A stretch of DNA of 63,217 bases, counting the filler, from Octopus bimaculoides (Eukaryota), in assembly GCF_001194135.2 (NCBI RefSeq). It is 4 parts of 4 records of this genome, joined end to end, with 100 filler letters (N's around TTAATTAATTAA, not from the genome) between each part and the next. Parts side by side here need not be neighbours in the genome. Positions count along the whole stretch, not along the records: positions 27,304 to 48,113 come from NC_068989.1; 3 more parts are not named here. The stretch is one strand, 5' to 3'. Below, piece by piece: positions 27,204-42,129 of the stretch (its first letter is position 1; each line of letters starts with the position of its first letter). The position numbers were made by a program, and so were the translations under genes. Below the pieces are notes generated by a model. It had not been told where the DNA came from, ran no database searches, and saw only the letters and a list, made by a program, of their open reading frames with translations.

Positions 27204-27303
27204 NNNNNNNNNNNNNNNNNNNNNNNNNNNNNNNNNNNNNNNNNNNNTTAATTAATTAANNNNNNNNNNNNNNNNNNNNNNNNNNNNNNNNNNNNNNNNN
27301 NNN
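27204..27303. other. Assembly linker 44N-TTAATTAATTAA-44N (also at 48114-48213 and 61588-61687)
   Basis: Three identical 100-bp spacers; the 12-mer carries stops in all six frames. Confidence 0.97.
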
Positions 27304-27329
27304 TGTAAAAAGAAAGGGTTAGTTCCACT

Positions 27330-27520
27330 ACCCAACGTATGGTCTCCGTGTTGTTTCTTCCTCCCCTCCTTTTGCCTGTGTTGTTCTTCACTGCGTGCTC
27401 CGGCCGGGGCTTATTGGTGGCCGTGGCGAGCGAACCGACTCACTGAGCGTTCGACGTTCGCGCGCAAGCGAGTTCTCTCTTCGTTAAGGAGGTGCTTTGC
27501 GTGTGGGTGTTCGTAACAAT
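27330..27520 (+). promoter_or_regulatory. CpG-rich island: candidate promoter/non-coding first exon, possibly of the downstream ZNF
   Basis: Locally GC- and CpG-rich unique sequence (ccggccggggc, gttcgacgttcgcgcgcaagcg) in an AT-rich background. The link to the ZNF is inference. Confidence 0.4.
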
Positions 27521-27919
27521 ACAAACTTTAACTTCTCATCTTCTTACCTTTACTGTTAATGAGCTGAATTACCCGGCGTTGCCCAGGTTACTGCTGTTCT
27601 TATTCAGATTAGTAAACAATAAATATGAAGATATATTTTTTTTTCATAATTATTTCAAAATATCTGTACTTTATTTTAAAATATCCAAATTGGGTTAATG
27701 TTTACAGTATTACCCAGAAACGAAAAAAAAAGTGCTGACCTGAGAGAGATGAAATATGGGCATATTATTCTAATCTGGCATCAGATTTCTTCTATAAGGT
27801 TTTAGGAGTTGAAAAGTTAGTGATCAAATCAGAAAAGATAACTATTTCTTAAGATTTTGTGCTCTGTAATAAAAATTACTTTACACTCTTCAGTAGAAGT
27901 ACACTGACAATATATAAGT

Positions 27920-28262
27920 GAAGCACAGGAGTGGCTGTATGGTAAGTAGCTTGCTTACCAACCACATGGTTCCAGGTTCAGTCCCACTGTGTGGCATCTT
28001 GGGCAAGTGTCTTCTACTATAGCCTCGGGCCGACCAAAGCCTTGTGAGTGGATTTGGTAGTCGGAAACTGAAAGAAACCTGTCGCATATATGTGTGCGTG
28101 TGTGTTTGTGTGTCTGTGTTTGACCCCCCAACATCACTTGACAAAAGAGACCGATAAAATAAGTACTAGGCTTACAAAGAATAAGTCCTGGGGTCGATTT
28201 GCTCGACTAAAGGTGGTGCTCCAGCATGGCCACAGTCAAATGACTAAAACAAGTAAAAGAGT
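27920..28262 (+). mobile_element. SINE family A, near full length, with an internal (TG)n tract
   Basis: Head, core, (TG)n and 3' half (gaccgataaaataagtactaggcttacaaagaataagtcctggggtcgattt...gactaaaacaagtaaaaga). Other copies at about 15525-15700, 18530-18660, 22340-22670, 52925-53440 and 61190-61335. Confidence 0.9.
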
Positions 28263-28546
28263 ATACATACTAATAAATTTCTGCATACAGATACCAATAT
28301 ATACATGCATTTCCCACATATCCATTATATCTAATCACCCATCTCAGCTATGTGTTTAATGCCAGAAATAGTGCCGGGGTGAATATAGTTCCAGAGCAAA
28401 ATATAATGACTAGAGAACTCAAAATTACGCACACTTATAAACTGAGGATATAATCATTAAAATGATTATATCAGTGGTTAGTGTATAAAAAAACATTGGT
28501 CCTCCTTAATTACAATTATATTTTTGTAATTATATACTTCAATATA

Positions 28547-28738
28547 TATCATCATCATCATCATCATTTAACGTCCGCTTTCCATGCTAGTATGGGTTAG
28601 ACGATTTGACTGGGGACTGGCTAACCAGATGGCTACACCAGGCTCCAATCTGATCTGGCAGAATTTCTACAGCTGGATGCCCTTCCTAACGCCAACCACT
28701 CCAAGAGTGTAGTGGATGCTTTTTACATGCCACCAGCA
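28547..28738 (-). mobile_element. RTE-type LINE 3' end with (GAT)n tail
   Basis: catcatcatcatttaacgtccgctttccatgc...ggatgcccttcctaacgccaacc is shared with 38900-38960 and the 42.2-42.3 kb segment. Confidence 0.65.
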
Positions 28739-29334
28739 TATATGTATATATAAAAAATCAAAACAAAAAATGAAACAAGAACATAATAGGTGGTATTACC
28801 AAATCCATTCAGAGTTATAACAGAAGACACTTGCCTATGATGATGTGCTGTGTAGTGGAACTGAGTCTGAAATTACATGATTGGGAAGNNNNNNNNNNNN
28901 NNNNNNNNNNNNNNNNNNNNNNNNNNNNNNNNNNNNNNNNNNNNNNNNNNNNNNNNNNNNNNNNNNNNNNNNNNNNNNNNNNNNNNNNNNNNNNNNNNNN
29001 NNNNNNNNNNNNNNNNNNNNNNNNNNNNNNNNNNNNNNNNNNNNNNNNNNNNNNNNNNNNNNNNNNNNNNNNNNNNNNNNNNNNNNNNNNNNNNNNNNNN
29101 NNNNNNNNNNNNNNNNNNNNNNNNNNNNNNNNNNNNNNNNNNNNNNNNNNNNNNNNNNNNNNNNNNNNNNNNNNNNNNNNNNNNNNNNNNNNNNNNNNNN
29201 NNNNNNNNNNNNNNNNNNNNNNNNNNNNNNNNNNNNNNNNNNNNNNNNNNNNNNNNNNNNNNNNNNNNNNNNNNNNNNNNNNNNNNNNNNNNNNNNNNNN
29301 NNNNNNNNNNNNNNNNNNNNNNNNNNNNNNNNNN

Positions 29335-29383
<49 letters not shown>

Positions 29384-31256
29384 TTGTACTTACATACAGG
29401 AGACCAAAAGTGTACGCATGCCACTATATGTATATATAAAAAATCAAAACAAAAAATGAAACAAGAACATAATAGGTGGTATTACCAAATCCATTCAGAG
29501 TTATAACAGAAGACACTTGCCTATGATGATGTGCTGTGTAGTGGAACTGAGTCTGAAATTACATGATTGGGAAGCAAATTTAACTGCTTATCTATGGAAG
29601 CACCTATGTACACAAATGCATAAATATATGTGTACCTTCACAATGATATGCAGTTATACATACAATTAGAAGTCCATTTTCTATCCTGATTTGAGTGTTT
29701 TCCTTCAGTTTTGTTCTTTAAGATACAGAAAAAACCTACTGTTGAAAATTACAAAATATTTCACCTTTTTATGGAAAATGATGAATAAACTGTGTACGTA
29801 GTATTGGTTGGTGGGAATATATCTACAACTATCTTTTCTATTTTCACCCACACTTGAAGTAAAGCAGTTTTTTTTTTCTTTAGAGAACTCTTATGCAAAT
29901 GTTTATAAATTTTAGTGGGGGGAAAAGTTTACCTTTCTGGATATTTTTTCAGTGTATACAGAATATGTACTGGAAATTCAGCTATTTTCATTCATTCATA
30001 GCCTAAGATACCAAGCAATTCTACAATATTAAGATTCTTTTTACTTATTCTCCAAATCATAGCTTCTTCACTTTTAGATCTACCATATTTAATTCTCTTC
30101 AGCTTTATTTTATACTAATATATAAAGCAATGAGCTGGCAGACTCGTTAGCATGCCAGGTAAAATGCTTATCAGCATTTCACCCATCTTTAGGTTCTGAG
30201 TTCAAATTCTGTTGAGGTTGACTTTACCTTTCATTCTTTCAGGGTTGATAAAATAAGTATCAGTTGAGCACTGAGGTCAATGTAATCAACTTACCTTCCT
30301 CTCCCAAAATTGCAGACCTTGAGTCATGGTTTGAAACCAATATATCTTTATTCTAACAGTTTCCTAAAGTGAACTTTGAAAACTGCATCTTGAGATTCCT
30401 TTTTTTTTTTTCTAGAAATGTTTTAATTGAAGTCCATAAAAATTAATATTAATCAGCACATTGTTCAGTTACAACCTCCTACAAATTCAATTGTCATTAT
30501 TCACAAAAAGAGATTTATACATCTTTTAATGTCTTTCTTTTTTTATTCAAATATTGTTTTTTGTTTATCAATTTAATACTTCTGTTTGATTTATCTGACA
30601 TAAAATTTGCAGCATCCCTGATAACAACCTGTCTTTGATAATAGGCCTGCCCCATCAGAACTGACTTGGGTATAAATACTGGTATGACAGTGAATCATAG
30701 AGAATCTGTGTGTGGTTGTTTAACTGGCTAGAAATAGAGGGTAATTTTATCTCATATCACTGTGTTGAAATGTATAAGGAAATATTAGAAAATATAGTCC
30801 TAGATATTCTTGGAGGTCATGGAAAGAGTGATAGCATTATTATTCTTCTGACTATATGACAAATTGAAACAAAAATAATACCCGTAAAAAGATGAATGGT
30901 CATGGTTTGGTTGCTTTTAATCATAGGTCTGTTCAATTACATCTGTCTGGATAGCAATAACTTACATCTGTCTGGATAGCAATAAAATATCTGTTTAGTC
31001 AAGGCTAACATGGAGTTAACAATAACAAATTACAGAGAAGGACTACTTAATTGCTTGATCTTCTAAAATAACACCCAACTTTCTTTCAAATCACACATTA
31101 CAATTCTGAAAGGAGATGGATATATTGGATTAGTTCAAATCTTCAAATAAATTCTTGTCTTAAGTTTATTAATACACAAATGTAGTAAAATTTTCATTGT
31201 TGAATATCTATTTTTTAATATCCCTCATTTCTTATGCAGTTCACTTTTTATTTCAG

Positions 31257-33450
<2,194 letters not shown>

Positions 33451-33599
33451 AAGATGAGTGGAATAACACCTCTGAACAGTATATATAGTACTCAATTAGA
33501 TGTGTTTTGGTGAAATGTCTTACAACTGTAATATTTTCAATAAAAACATTATTTCTGTGGACTTGTGTATATTCACTCAGATTTCTGGAAGGAATGTTA

Positions 33600-34595
33600 A
33601 TGTTAACATCTAAAAGAAGATGCTTCTTTTCTATTCACCTTTGCTGAATGCAGTTTTTACCAGGAGGAACTGGTGTCATCATACAGTATTCAATGGTCAT
33701 TGGGTATTCTAACCCTCAATCATAACACCCTCCTATTGGTAGGTCAGAAGAGGTGGTCAAATCGCTGCTCAACACCTCCTGGCTTGCAGGATAACTTCTC
33801 TCCCTTGCTCCATAAACAGAAAGTGGTTCTTCCTACAGCCTCCCCCATCCTGTGCACAGACACCTTTCACTCTTTTTCTCTTATTCCAATGCTTGTAAAC
33901 ATCTTGCATACTTATTGAGCAGGGAATCCCCTATGGCCAACTTCAAATGTGAATGGCCATAACTGCCATCCTTCTCCCTGTAATCTTGCAGAAGGCTCTG
34001 GTTTTGGCACACTTCCATTCAAAGGCTTCATTGTACCCTTTTGAATGCAGGACTGTAGACTGGTTCAAGATTATTTTCAATATCTTATCTGACCACAAAC
34101 TATATCTGGGTTCAGGGTTGTTCAGACAGCACAGAGAAACTGTAACCTTTCTCTCAGCTCAAATTTCATGTTTTGTACTTGGGACCCATGTAGTAGACTT
34201 CTTGTCCTTTTTTGCTGTCCTTGCTGGCTTTTCTCCTTTCTTCATGTACTTGACTGTGGTGTTGTTCTCTCCTGGTGTTCATGCTGGAGTCTTTCCTGTT
34301 CCACAATTTGAGCAAGTGTTTCAAGCACATTGTCATGGCGTCACTTGTGTCTTCTTTTTGCACCCTGAGGTGATATGTGCCATAGTACTACTTGCACCAC
34401 AAAGTCTTCACAGCTGACTGCCTTTCATACTCTATCAGTGCAGGTTTATTGGTGTTGCGAGTTTGTCAAACACCACTTGTAGCAGGAAGGAAATTTGGAA
34501 AGATTCCAGTTTTCACAGGTCTGTCCCTGTGACATTCCTTTTGTATGCAAATTGGAGCTGTATGTATTCTTTGGTGGATTGCTTCTGTCAGCTCA
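33600..34595 (-). mobile_element. RLE-type non-LTR retrotransposon 3' portion (HERO/NeSL-like)
   Basis: CCHC-like LCGASSTMAHITSGCK...RHDNVLETLAQIVE, PDIVLWSDKILKIIL (PD..E/K nuclease region), FEVGHRGFPAQ and GEAVGRTTFCLWSKGE, with frameshifts. Confidence 0.7.
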
Positions 34596-37500
34596 CTGTC
34601 TACTCCCTAATAAAAGAAAGTATTGGTCATCTGAAGACAATGTTCCAAACATTTTATAAAATGGCATGAGACAAAACAGATTTGAGAATATATTGAGAAA
34701 TATCCATTTAGTGGATAACACCAATGCTTCAAGAGACGATCGTGCATTCAAATTCAGACCTCTACTTGACCACTTACAATAAAAATCTAAGGAACAGTGT
34801 GGTTTGAAAGAACATCTCTCTGTTGACGAAAGTATGATTCCATATTATGGCAAGCACTGTGCCAAACAATTTGTAGGGAAGTGGTTATACATCATTAGGT
34901 GTATTCCGCTTCCGTACATTAAATTTCTTGAAGAAACAACAGAACGCAGATTCTGAACTATCAACACAACAATATTTATTACAATAGAATTCAGCAGCAC
35001 TTCGCCCTTTGGTTACTGAGACGCCGTCAATGATGTTGCGTGGTAATTTGTCTAGCTCCAGAGTTGGAATGTTGGAGAGAGGCTGCTTCGACGTCCAGGC
35101 CCTTCGCCAGCCAGCGAGAAAGAGAGTGAAAATAGGCGCGAAAGCTTGGATGTTGATGACTACGCATGCGCATGAGACTCTTCCTGTATTCCTTCCGGAA
35201 CTAGTCCCTGCGCATGCGTGGATAAGCTTTCCGGAAATGTCGTCTGCTATTAAGGCATCACTACAAATTTATAAAAGAGAAACCAATTTGGTTTAGTTTC
35301 AAAGTTTGGGCTCTTTGTTCTCAGCATGGATATAGGCATGCTTTTTTGACCTCTGCACTGGCAAGAAAGATGGTCCCAATAAAACCGAAAATGCATTTGG
35401 CCTAGGTGGGGACATTGTCCTTGATCTCATTGATGCTGTAGGAANNNNNNNNNNNNNNNNNNNNNNNNNNNNNNNNNNNNNNNNNNNNNNNNNNNNNNNN
35501 NNNNNNNNNNNNNNNNNNNNNNNNNNNNNNNNNNNNNNNNNNNNNNNNNNNNNNNNNNNNNNNNNNNNNNNNNNNNNNNNNNNNNNNNNNNNNNNNNNNN
35601 NNNNNNNNNNNNNNNNNNNNNNNNNNNNNNNNNNNNNNNNNNNNNNNNNNNNNNNNNNNNNNNNNNNNNNNNNNNNNNNNNNNNNNNNNNNNNNNNNNNN
35701 NNNNNNNNNNNNNNNNNNNNNNNNNNNNNNNNNNNNNNNNNNNNNNNNNNNNNNNNNNNNNNNNNNNNNNNNNNNNNNNNNNNNNNNNNNNNNNNNNNNN
35801 NNNNNNNNNNNNNNNNNNNNNNNNNNNNNNNNNNNNNNNNNNNNNNNNNNNNNNNNNNNNNNNNNNNNNNNNNNNNNNNNNNNNNNNNNNNNNNNNNNNN
35901 NNNNNNNNNNNNNNNNNNNNNNNNNNNNNNNNNNNNNNNNNNNNNNNNNNNNNNNNNNNNNNNNNNNNNNNNNNNNNNNNNNNNNNNNNNNNNNNNNNNN
36001 NNNNNNNNNNNNNNNNNNNNNNNNNNNNNNNNNNNNNNNNNNNNNNNNNNNNNNNNNNNNNNNNNNNNNNNNNNNNNNNNNNNNNNNNNNNNNNNNNNNN
36101 NNNNNNNNNNNNNNNNNNNNNNNNNNNNNNNNNNNNNNNNNNNNNNNNNNNNNNNNNNNNNNNNNNNNNNNNNNNNNNNNNNNNNNNNNNNNNNNNNNNN
36201 NNNNNNNNNNNNNNNNNNNNNNNNNNNNNNNNNNNNNNNNNNNNNNNNNNNNNNNNNNNNNNNNNNNNNNNNNNNNNNNNNNNNNNNNNNNNNNNNNNNN
36301 NNNNNNNNNNNNNNNNNNNNNNNNNNNNNNNNNNNNNNNNNNNNNNNNNNNNNNNNNNNNNNNNNNNNNNNNNNNNNNNNNNNNNNNNNNNNNNNNNNNN
36401 NNNNNNNNNNNNNNNNNNNNNNNNNNNNNNNNNNNCAAACAATTTGTAGGGAAGTGGTTATACATCATTAGGTGTATTCCGCTTCCGTACATTAAATTTC
36501 TTGAAGAAACAACAGAACGCAGATTCTGAACTATCAACACAACAATATTTATTACAATAGAATTCAGCAGCACTTCGCCCTTTGGTTACTGAGACGCCGT
36601 CAATGATGTTGCGTGGTAATTTGTCTAGCTCCAGAGTTGGAATGTTGGAGAGAGGCTGCTTCGACGTCCAGGCCCTTCGCCAGCCAGCGAGAAAGAGAGT
36701 GAAAATAGGCGCGAAAGCTTGGATGTTGATGACTACGCATGTGCATGAGACTCTTCCTGTATTCCTTCCGGAACTAGTCCCTGCGCATGCGTGGATAAGC
36801 TTTCCGGAAATGTCGTCTGCTATTAAGGCATCACTACAAATTTATAAAAGAGAAACCAATTTGGTTTAGTTTCAAAGTTTGGGCTCTTTGTTCTCAGCAT
36901 GGATATAGGCATGCTTTTTTGACCTCTGCACTGGCAAGAAAGATGGTCCCAATAAAACCGAAAATGCATTTGGCCTAGGTGGGGACATTGTCCTTGATCT
37001 CATTGATGCTGTAGGAATACCAGACAATAAAGGTTTCAAAATATTTTTAGATAACTATTTCACAAGCATTCAGTTGATGGAGAAACTTTTTGAGAAAGGA
37101 ATATGTGCGTTGGGAATCTGCAGAGAAAATAGGATGGCTAGATGTCCTTTCAAGACGCAAACTGAAATGAAAGCATGCCCCAGAGGAACAGCTGACTTCA
37201 AATCCACTTCAAATATGGTCGCTCTGAAATGGAAAGATAATAACGATGCTGTTCTGCTATCAAACTTTGAAACCTATAAAATGTCCACTGTTAAGTGCTA
37301 TGGTAGGCCTCAAAAGAAATATGTTCCAATTCCACAGCCTGAAAGCATCCAAAATTACACCAAATATATGGGATTTGTTGACCTTCTGGATCATAACATC
37401 GGTTCCTATAGGATTCGTATGCAGCAAAATAAATGGTGGTGGCCTATTTTTTCATATTTTGTATCTGTGGCAACCCAAAATACATGCATCTCGATGAATA

Positions 37501-38090
37501 GAGCAGGGCATAAAATTACATTATACAATTTCATCAAAAACATTTCTCTAATTCTATTGAAAAAGTATGGCACTCCAAAGTTTCAAAGAAAACGTACATC
37601 TGTTCATGTGACAGACAATGCAAGACATGCATTGGATTGAATATATTCCAAATGAAAGAAGATACAAAGAGTGCTCTGGGAAAAGTCATTTCATATGTGA
37701 AAAATGTGATGTAGGAGTTCATCCCAAATGTTTCAAGAAGTATCATGTTCAGTAAAGCTGTATAGTTTCATTTCAAAACAATATATTTTACTAAATAAAT
37801 TTTCAGTTTTCATTGATATCTTATTTATGTGAGCAGGAATTATTCTTATAATAAAGTTATGGTCAGATCTGATACTTTTATTAGCCTCTAAATAAGTAAA
37901 TTGCACAGTTAACAAGCTTATTAAAGATTCATATGCACAGTGCCTAATGTCTGCTATAACTGACGGATTATTTCAGGAAATATCAAACAGATTTCAATGA
38001 ATTTTTTTTTCCAGTCGTTATTTAGGTTAAAATAATAGTATCTGAATTTTCAGGCAATTTCATTCATTAGAAAAATTCGACACGAATGGG
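34596..38090 (+). mobile_element. piggyBac transposon remnant (5'-truncated, LTR-interrupted, partly duplicated by assembly)
   Basis: RNRF-like MRQNRFENILRNIHLVDN, LSVDESMIPYYGKH, IFLDNYFTS and MGFVDLLD (three catalytic D), and a C-terminal cysteine-rich tail ending at 37755. 3' end cacgaatggg|TTAA at 38090-38094. Confidence 0.92.
34872..35265 (-). mobile_element. Solo LTR (394 bp) inside the piggyBac ORF; second assembled copy at 36445-36838
   Basis: TGTAG...CTACA termini and a 4-bp AATT TSD on both sides. Minus-strand AATAAA. Removing it restores the piggyBac peptide KQFIKEKPIWFSFKVW. Confidence 0.85.
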
Positions 38091-38899
38091 TTAAGTACAT
38101 CAATTGGTCACACATCATAAGGTTCAACAGAACTTATTGAAGCCCACCAACATGCACATAGTAATGCCATGAGAAATAGCAAGACTAAGACACTGTAACA
38201 GCCAAGCACCCTCCCAAGTATCAACTGGTACCTAGGTAAAGTGAGTCGCTGACAATGGCAAGAACTTCACTATCAGTGGTACAGTTCCTCCAAATAATTA
38301 TATTAGAATGAAATTATTTTAAAATTACTATAGTCAATAAGTGATATTTATTTCATTACAGAAGTAAAAACATTTAACATTGTTCTTCTTGATCTGGCTG
38401 AACCCATATCGAAAGACAGTGCAGCCTTGCTTGGTCAACTTTTGTATTAGCCATCGTCAGAGGGAAAAGGGTGCAGAATTGGGAACCAAAAATCAATATA
38501 TTAATATGCTAAGGCCGAAATGTGTTATGATGTCATGTAATTAGTTGAAGGGAAAGGCAAAGAGGTAGAGAGGTGTTTTTAAAAAGTTAATTGAAGGGAG
38601 TGATATAGAGAAAGAGAGTTAGAAATAGAATATTTAGCAGAGAGGTGATGTTCAGGTGGTGAGGTTAAAGAAAGGCAAATAAAGAAGTGTGGTGGTGGTG
38701 GTGGTGGGGGGGGAAAGTAGTGACATTATTGCCAGCCAATTCATTAAGCTGTCATGTGGTTAGTGGAAGTGAAAGGTGAAGAGAAAGAAAGAAATGATAA
38801 GGATGTGAAAAGGGGAATGACATGATTAAAAAGTTTGTTGAAGTAAGAAGTAGAGAGAAAAAGAGAGATATAAAGTGTTTAGCAAATGGAAATTTTAAA

Positions 38900-40620
38900 C
38901 ATCATCATCATTATCATTTAACGTCTATTTTCCATGCTGGTAGGGGTCAGACAGTTTGACTGGAGATGGCTCTAGTCACAAATGAATGGACAAATGAAAG
39001 AAAAAGGCATGGGTGCCTTTCACATGTCACTGGCAAAGGTACCCTTTATGTGTCACCAGCATGGGTCCCTTTCACGTGACACTGGCATTAGCCACAACTA
39101 TGATTCCACTTGGCTTGATGAGTCTTCTCAAGCACAGCAAATTACCAGAAGTCTTGGTCATTTCTCATTGTCTCCATAAGATTCAACAACTGAAGCTCAT
39201 ATTTCACCACCTCATCCCACATCTTCCTGGAACTACCGCTCCCACAGGCTCCCTCCACAGTTAAAGATCGGTACTTCTTTATGCCGCTGTCCTTGTCGAT
39301 ACACATCACATGATCATATCATTGCAGTCTTCTCTCTTGCACACTCCATCTGATGCCTCTTATACTCAATTTACCTCTTAGGATGCTTACATTCTGTCAT
39401 ACATACACACTGACATTGCACATCCAGTGGAGCACCCTAACTTCATTTCTTTCAAACCTTTGCATGTCCTTTGCAGTCACAGCCCATGTTTCACTGTCAT
39501 GTAGCATGGCTGTTTATACACAAGGATCATACAATCTGCCTTTCACTCAGATGGAGAAGCCCTTAGTTACCAGCAAAGGTAGTAGCTCACTGAGCTTTGC
39601 CCAGCTCATTCTAGCATCTATGTTCTGAGAGCATCCTCCTCTACTGCTAACTTGTTCACCTAAGTAACAGAGGCTATCTGCTACTTCTAAGTATACCCCG
39701 ACCTGGCATTTGACAAAGTCTATTTTCTGTACATTCCAAGTGTTTATTGTACCTGCACATCTGCCACACACAAAGATTACTTTCTCTGTTAACCTTCATT
39801 TGATACTGCTGCACCTCTTGTGTGTCTATAGTTTGCACTGGGTACACTATGTAGAGTTTCTACCAACACTTTTTCTGCATATTGAGCAAGGCCATCTCCC
39901 TGAAGGGATTTGTGATGTCTGTTTTTGCACTTACTAAGGCTTTGGTTTTTGCTAAATTAACTCTCAGGCTCTTTGATTCCAGACCTTGCTTCCACCCCTG
40001 AAATCTCTTCTCTAGTTCTGGTAGTCATTCAACTATAAGAACGAGGTCATCAGCTTAGAGGAACCCCCAAGGGCAGCCAGTCTTAATTTCCCCTGTTATA
40101 ATTTGGAGGACTACGATGAACAAAAGGGGGCTGAGAACCGATCCTTGGTAAATTCCTATCTGTACAGTGAATTCATTGCTCTACTCATTGCTAAATTACA
40201 CCTTACTGACAGCATCCCTGTACCTGACTTTTACAGTTCTCACTAACCACTTACCTATCCCTAGCTTCCATATTGCCTGCCAGATAATGGAGTGGGGAAT
40301 CCTGTCAAGGGCTTTCTCCATGTCAATAGAAGCCTAGTATAGAGGTTTATTTTTGCTAGATACTTCTGCAGCTGTCTTACCGGGTGTATAGCATCAGTAG
40401 TGCTTCTCTCTGTTTCAAAACCAAACTCTTTTCATAACTAGTTGAGCTATGACCCTGTCTGTAACTTTCATCACCTGGTCCAGCAATTTGATACCTCTGT
40501 AATTACTTGTCTAAGGCATCACCTTTGCCTTTGTAGCAGTTCACTATAATACTGCTACACCAATCATTAGGTATGATTCCCTTGTGGACAACTTGATTAA
40601 CAATATAGGCAACTAGACTA
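38900..40620 (-). mobile_element. RTE-clade LINE copy (RT to 3' tail), same family as 9460-10645
   Basis: Reverse-strand equivalents of the RT motifs, ADSLCYLGEQVSS and the (GAT)n tail at about 38900. Confidence 0.92.
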
Positions 40621-42129
40621 TATACCACTTCAAAACATCATATATTATTGTGACTGACAAGAAAATAACATTTTAATATTCAGTTTTTTATATCTTTTAT
40701 TTGTTGATTCACAATTATCTATCTTCCACATCAATAGTTGGATGGAAGAAGGAAGGCCTACAGTAGATATGGTAATAAGCTTATCATAAATAGAAGGGTA
40801 GATTTGTCAATGAAAGTGAAATGAACTGACTCAGCAAAATAACTATGGATGTTATTATTTTGTAAAAAATTTTTATTTGAACTTTGTATTAACAGCAAGA
40901 AAGTAGATATAAACAAACAACTGAATTGAAATGAAATAATCTTGGTTGGCAAACAACTTAGACTGAGCTTTGATACCAAAAATTATAATGATGGTGGTAG
41001 TTGTGGAGGTGGCAGCGGTGGATGGATTGTGAAAAGTGTAGTTTATTTTTGATTGAAGCAAATTTTTTGTGTTGCTTATCACTTAATTGCATAAGTGCAA
41101 TTATTTATCATCAACTTGCTTGAAAATTGATAATTGTTTAAAGAATATGTATGACAGATGATGTAAGCTAAGAAGAGAAAGAACAAGACAATATAGACAA
41201 CAACATAAAGAGAAACAGAGGGTTGAATCACTAAAACAAGCATGGGGGTATCAGCATGTAGAAGGGAAAATATGAATCAAAGAGTACAGAGTATTTACAA
41301 CAGATGAGCAAATGTGTTCAAGATAGAATATAAAATGAAAATGAGAATGTCAAAAAAAATATATATAGTTACAACACTGGTGATGTGAATATTCTCTGCA
41401 ATCATAGTTAAACTCTTAGGTTTATAAATGAACTTCTGAATTGCTGGGAGGTCATGCTCCTTCAATTACACCCTTATCCAGAAGAACTGAAAGGTGTTTT
41501 TAAATATAAATAATGTTGAATATACAATTCATAAAGGAACACTAATCTTTACTGCTCTATATAAACTTACAATCATCTAAGAAATTTCATATTTACCATG
41601 AAATTTCCATGGATAGTGCTAGTAAATAGTATATATTGAAAAAATATTCCTGTTGTATGAAACACAGGAATAGTGCAAAAAATAAGGGAAAATCCCTGCC
41701 TAATTATTTGCAATTTTCCTTCCCAAAAGGTGTATGGAAGCTACACCAAAACTTCAATGTGGTGTGATTTGAGGAGGATTTAGCTACTATTTCTTGTATG
41801 TTGAGCTCTGCATTGAGCAGAAATGTGAAACATATGACTTCTAGCCCTAGTTTTATCTAGAAAAAGACAACTTTTGTTTCATTTTGAATTATATTTCTTG
41901 ACATGTTTTCAGAATCTTATGCCTGACTATAGTTTTAACAGTTTCTGATTAATCAAATCAATGCATTTTGGGGAATCTTTAGTTACTTCAGCCAATGAAA
42001 AAGAAGTTTATAAACCCATATACTACTTATTGATGTCATCCATAAATACCTTCCATTTTCTTATATATGCTGAGCATAAAAGAATATTGTTTTCTTTCTC
42101 AGATTATCTGCATGTTAGGAGATCCTTAA

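Noticed and set aside
27248-27259. TTAATTAATTAA as a biological motif (PacI-like site or piggyBac target)
   Set aside because: Always centred between exactly 44 N on each side: a synthetic linker.
35009-35296. 95-aa ORF present twice (also 36582-36869) as a duplicated novel gene
   Set aside because: It lies in a solo LTR, runs into piggyBac sequence, and the duplication is probably allelic mis-assembly.
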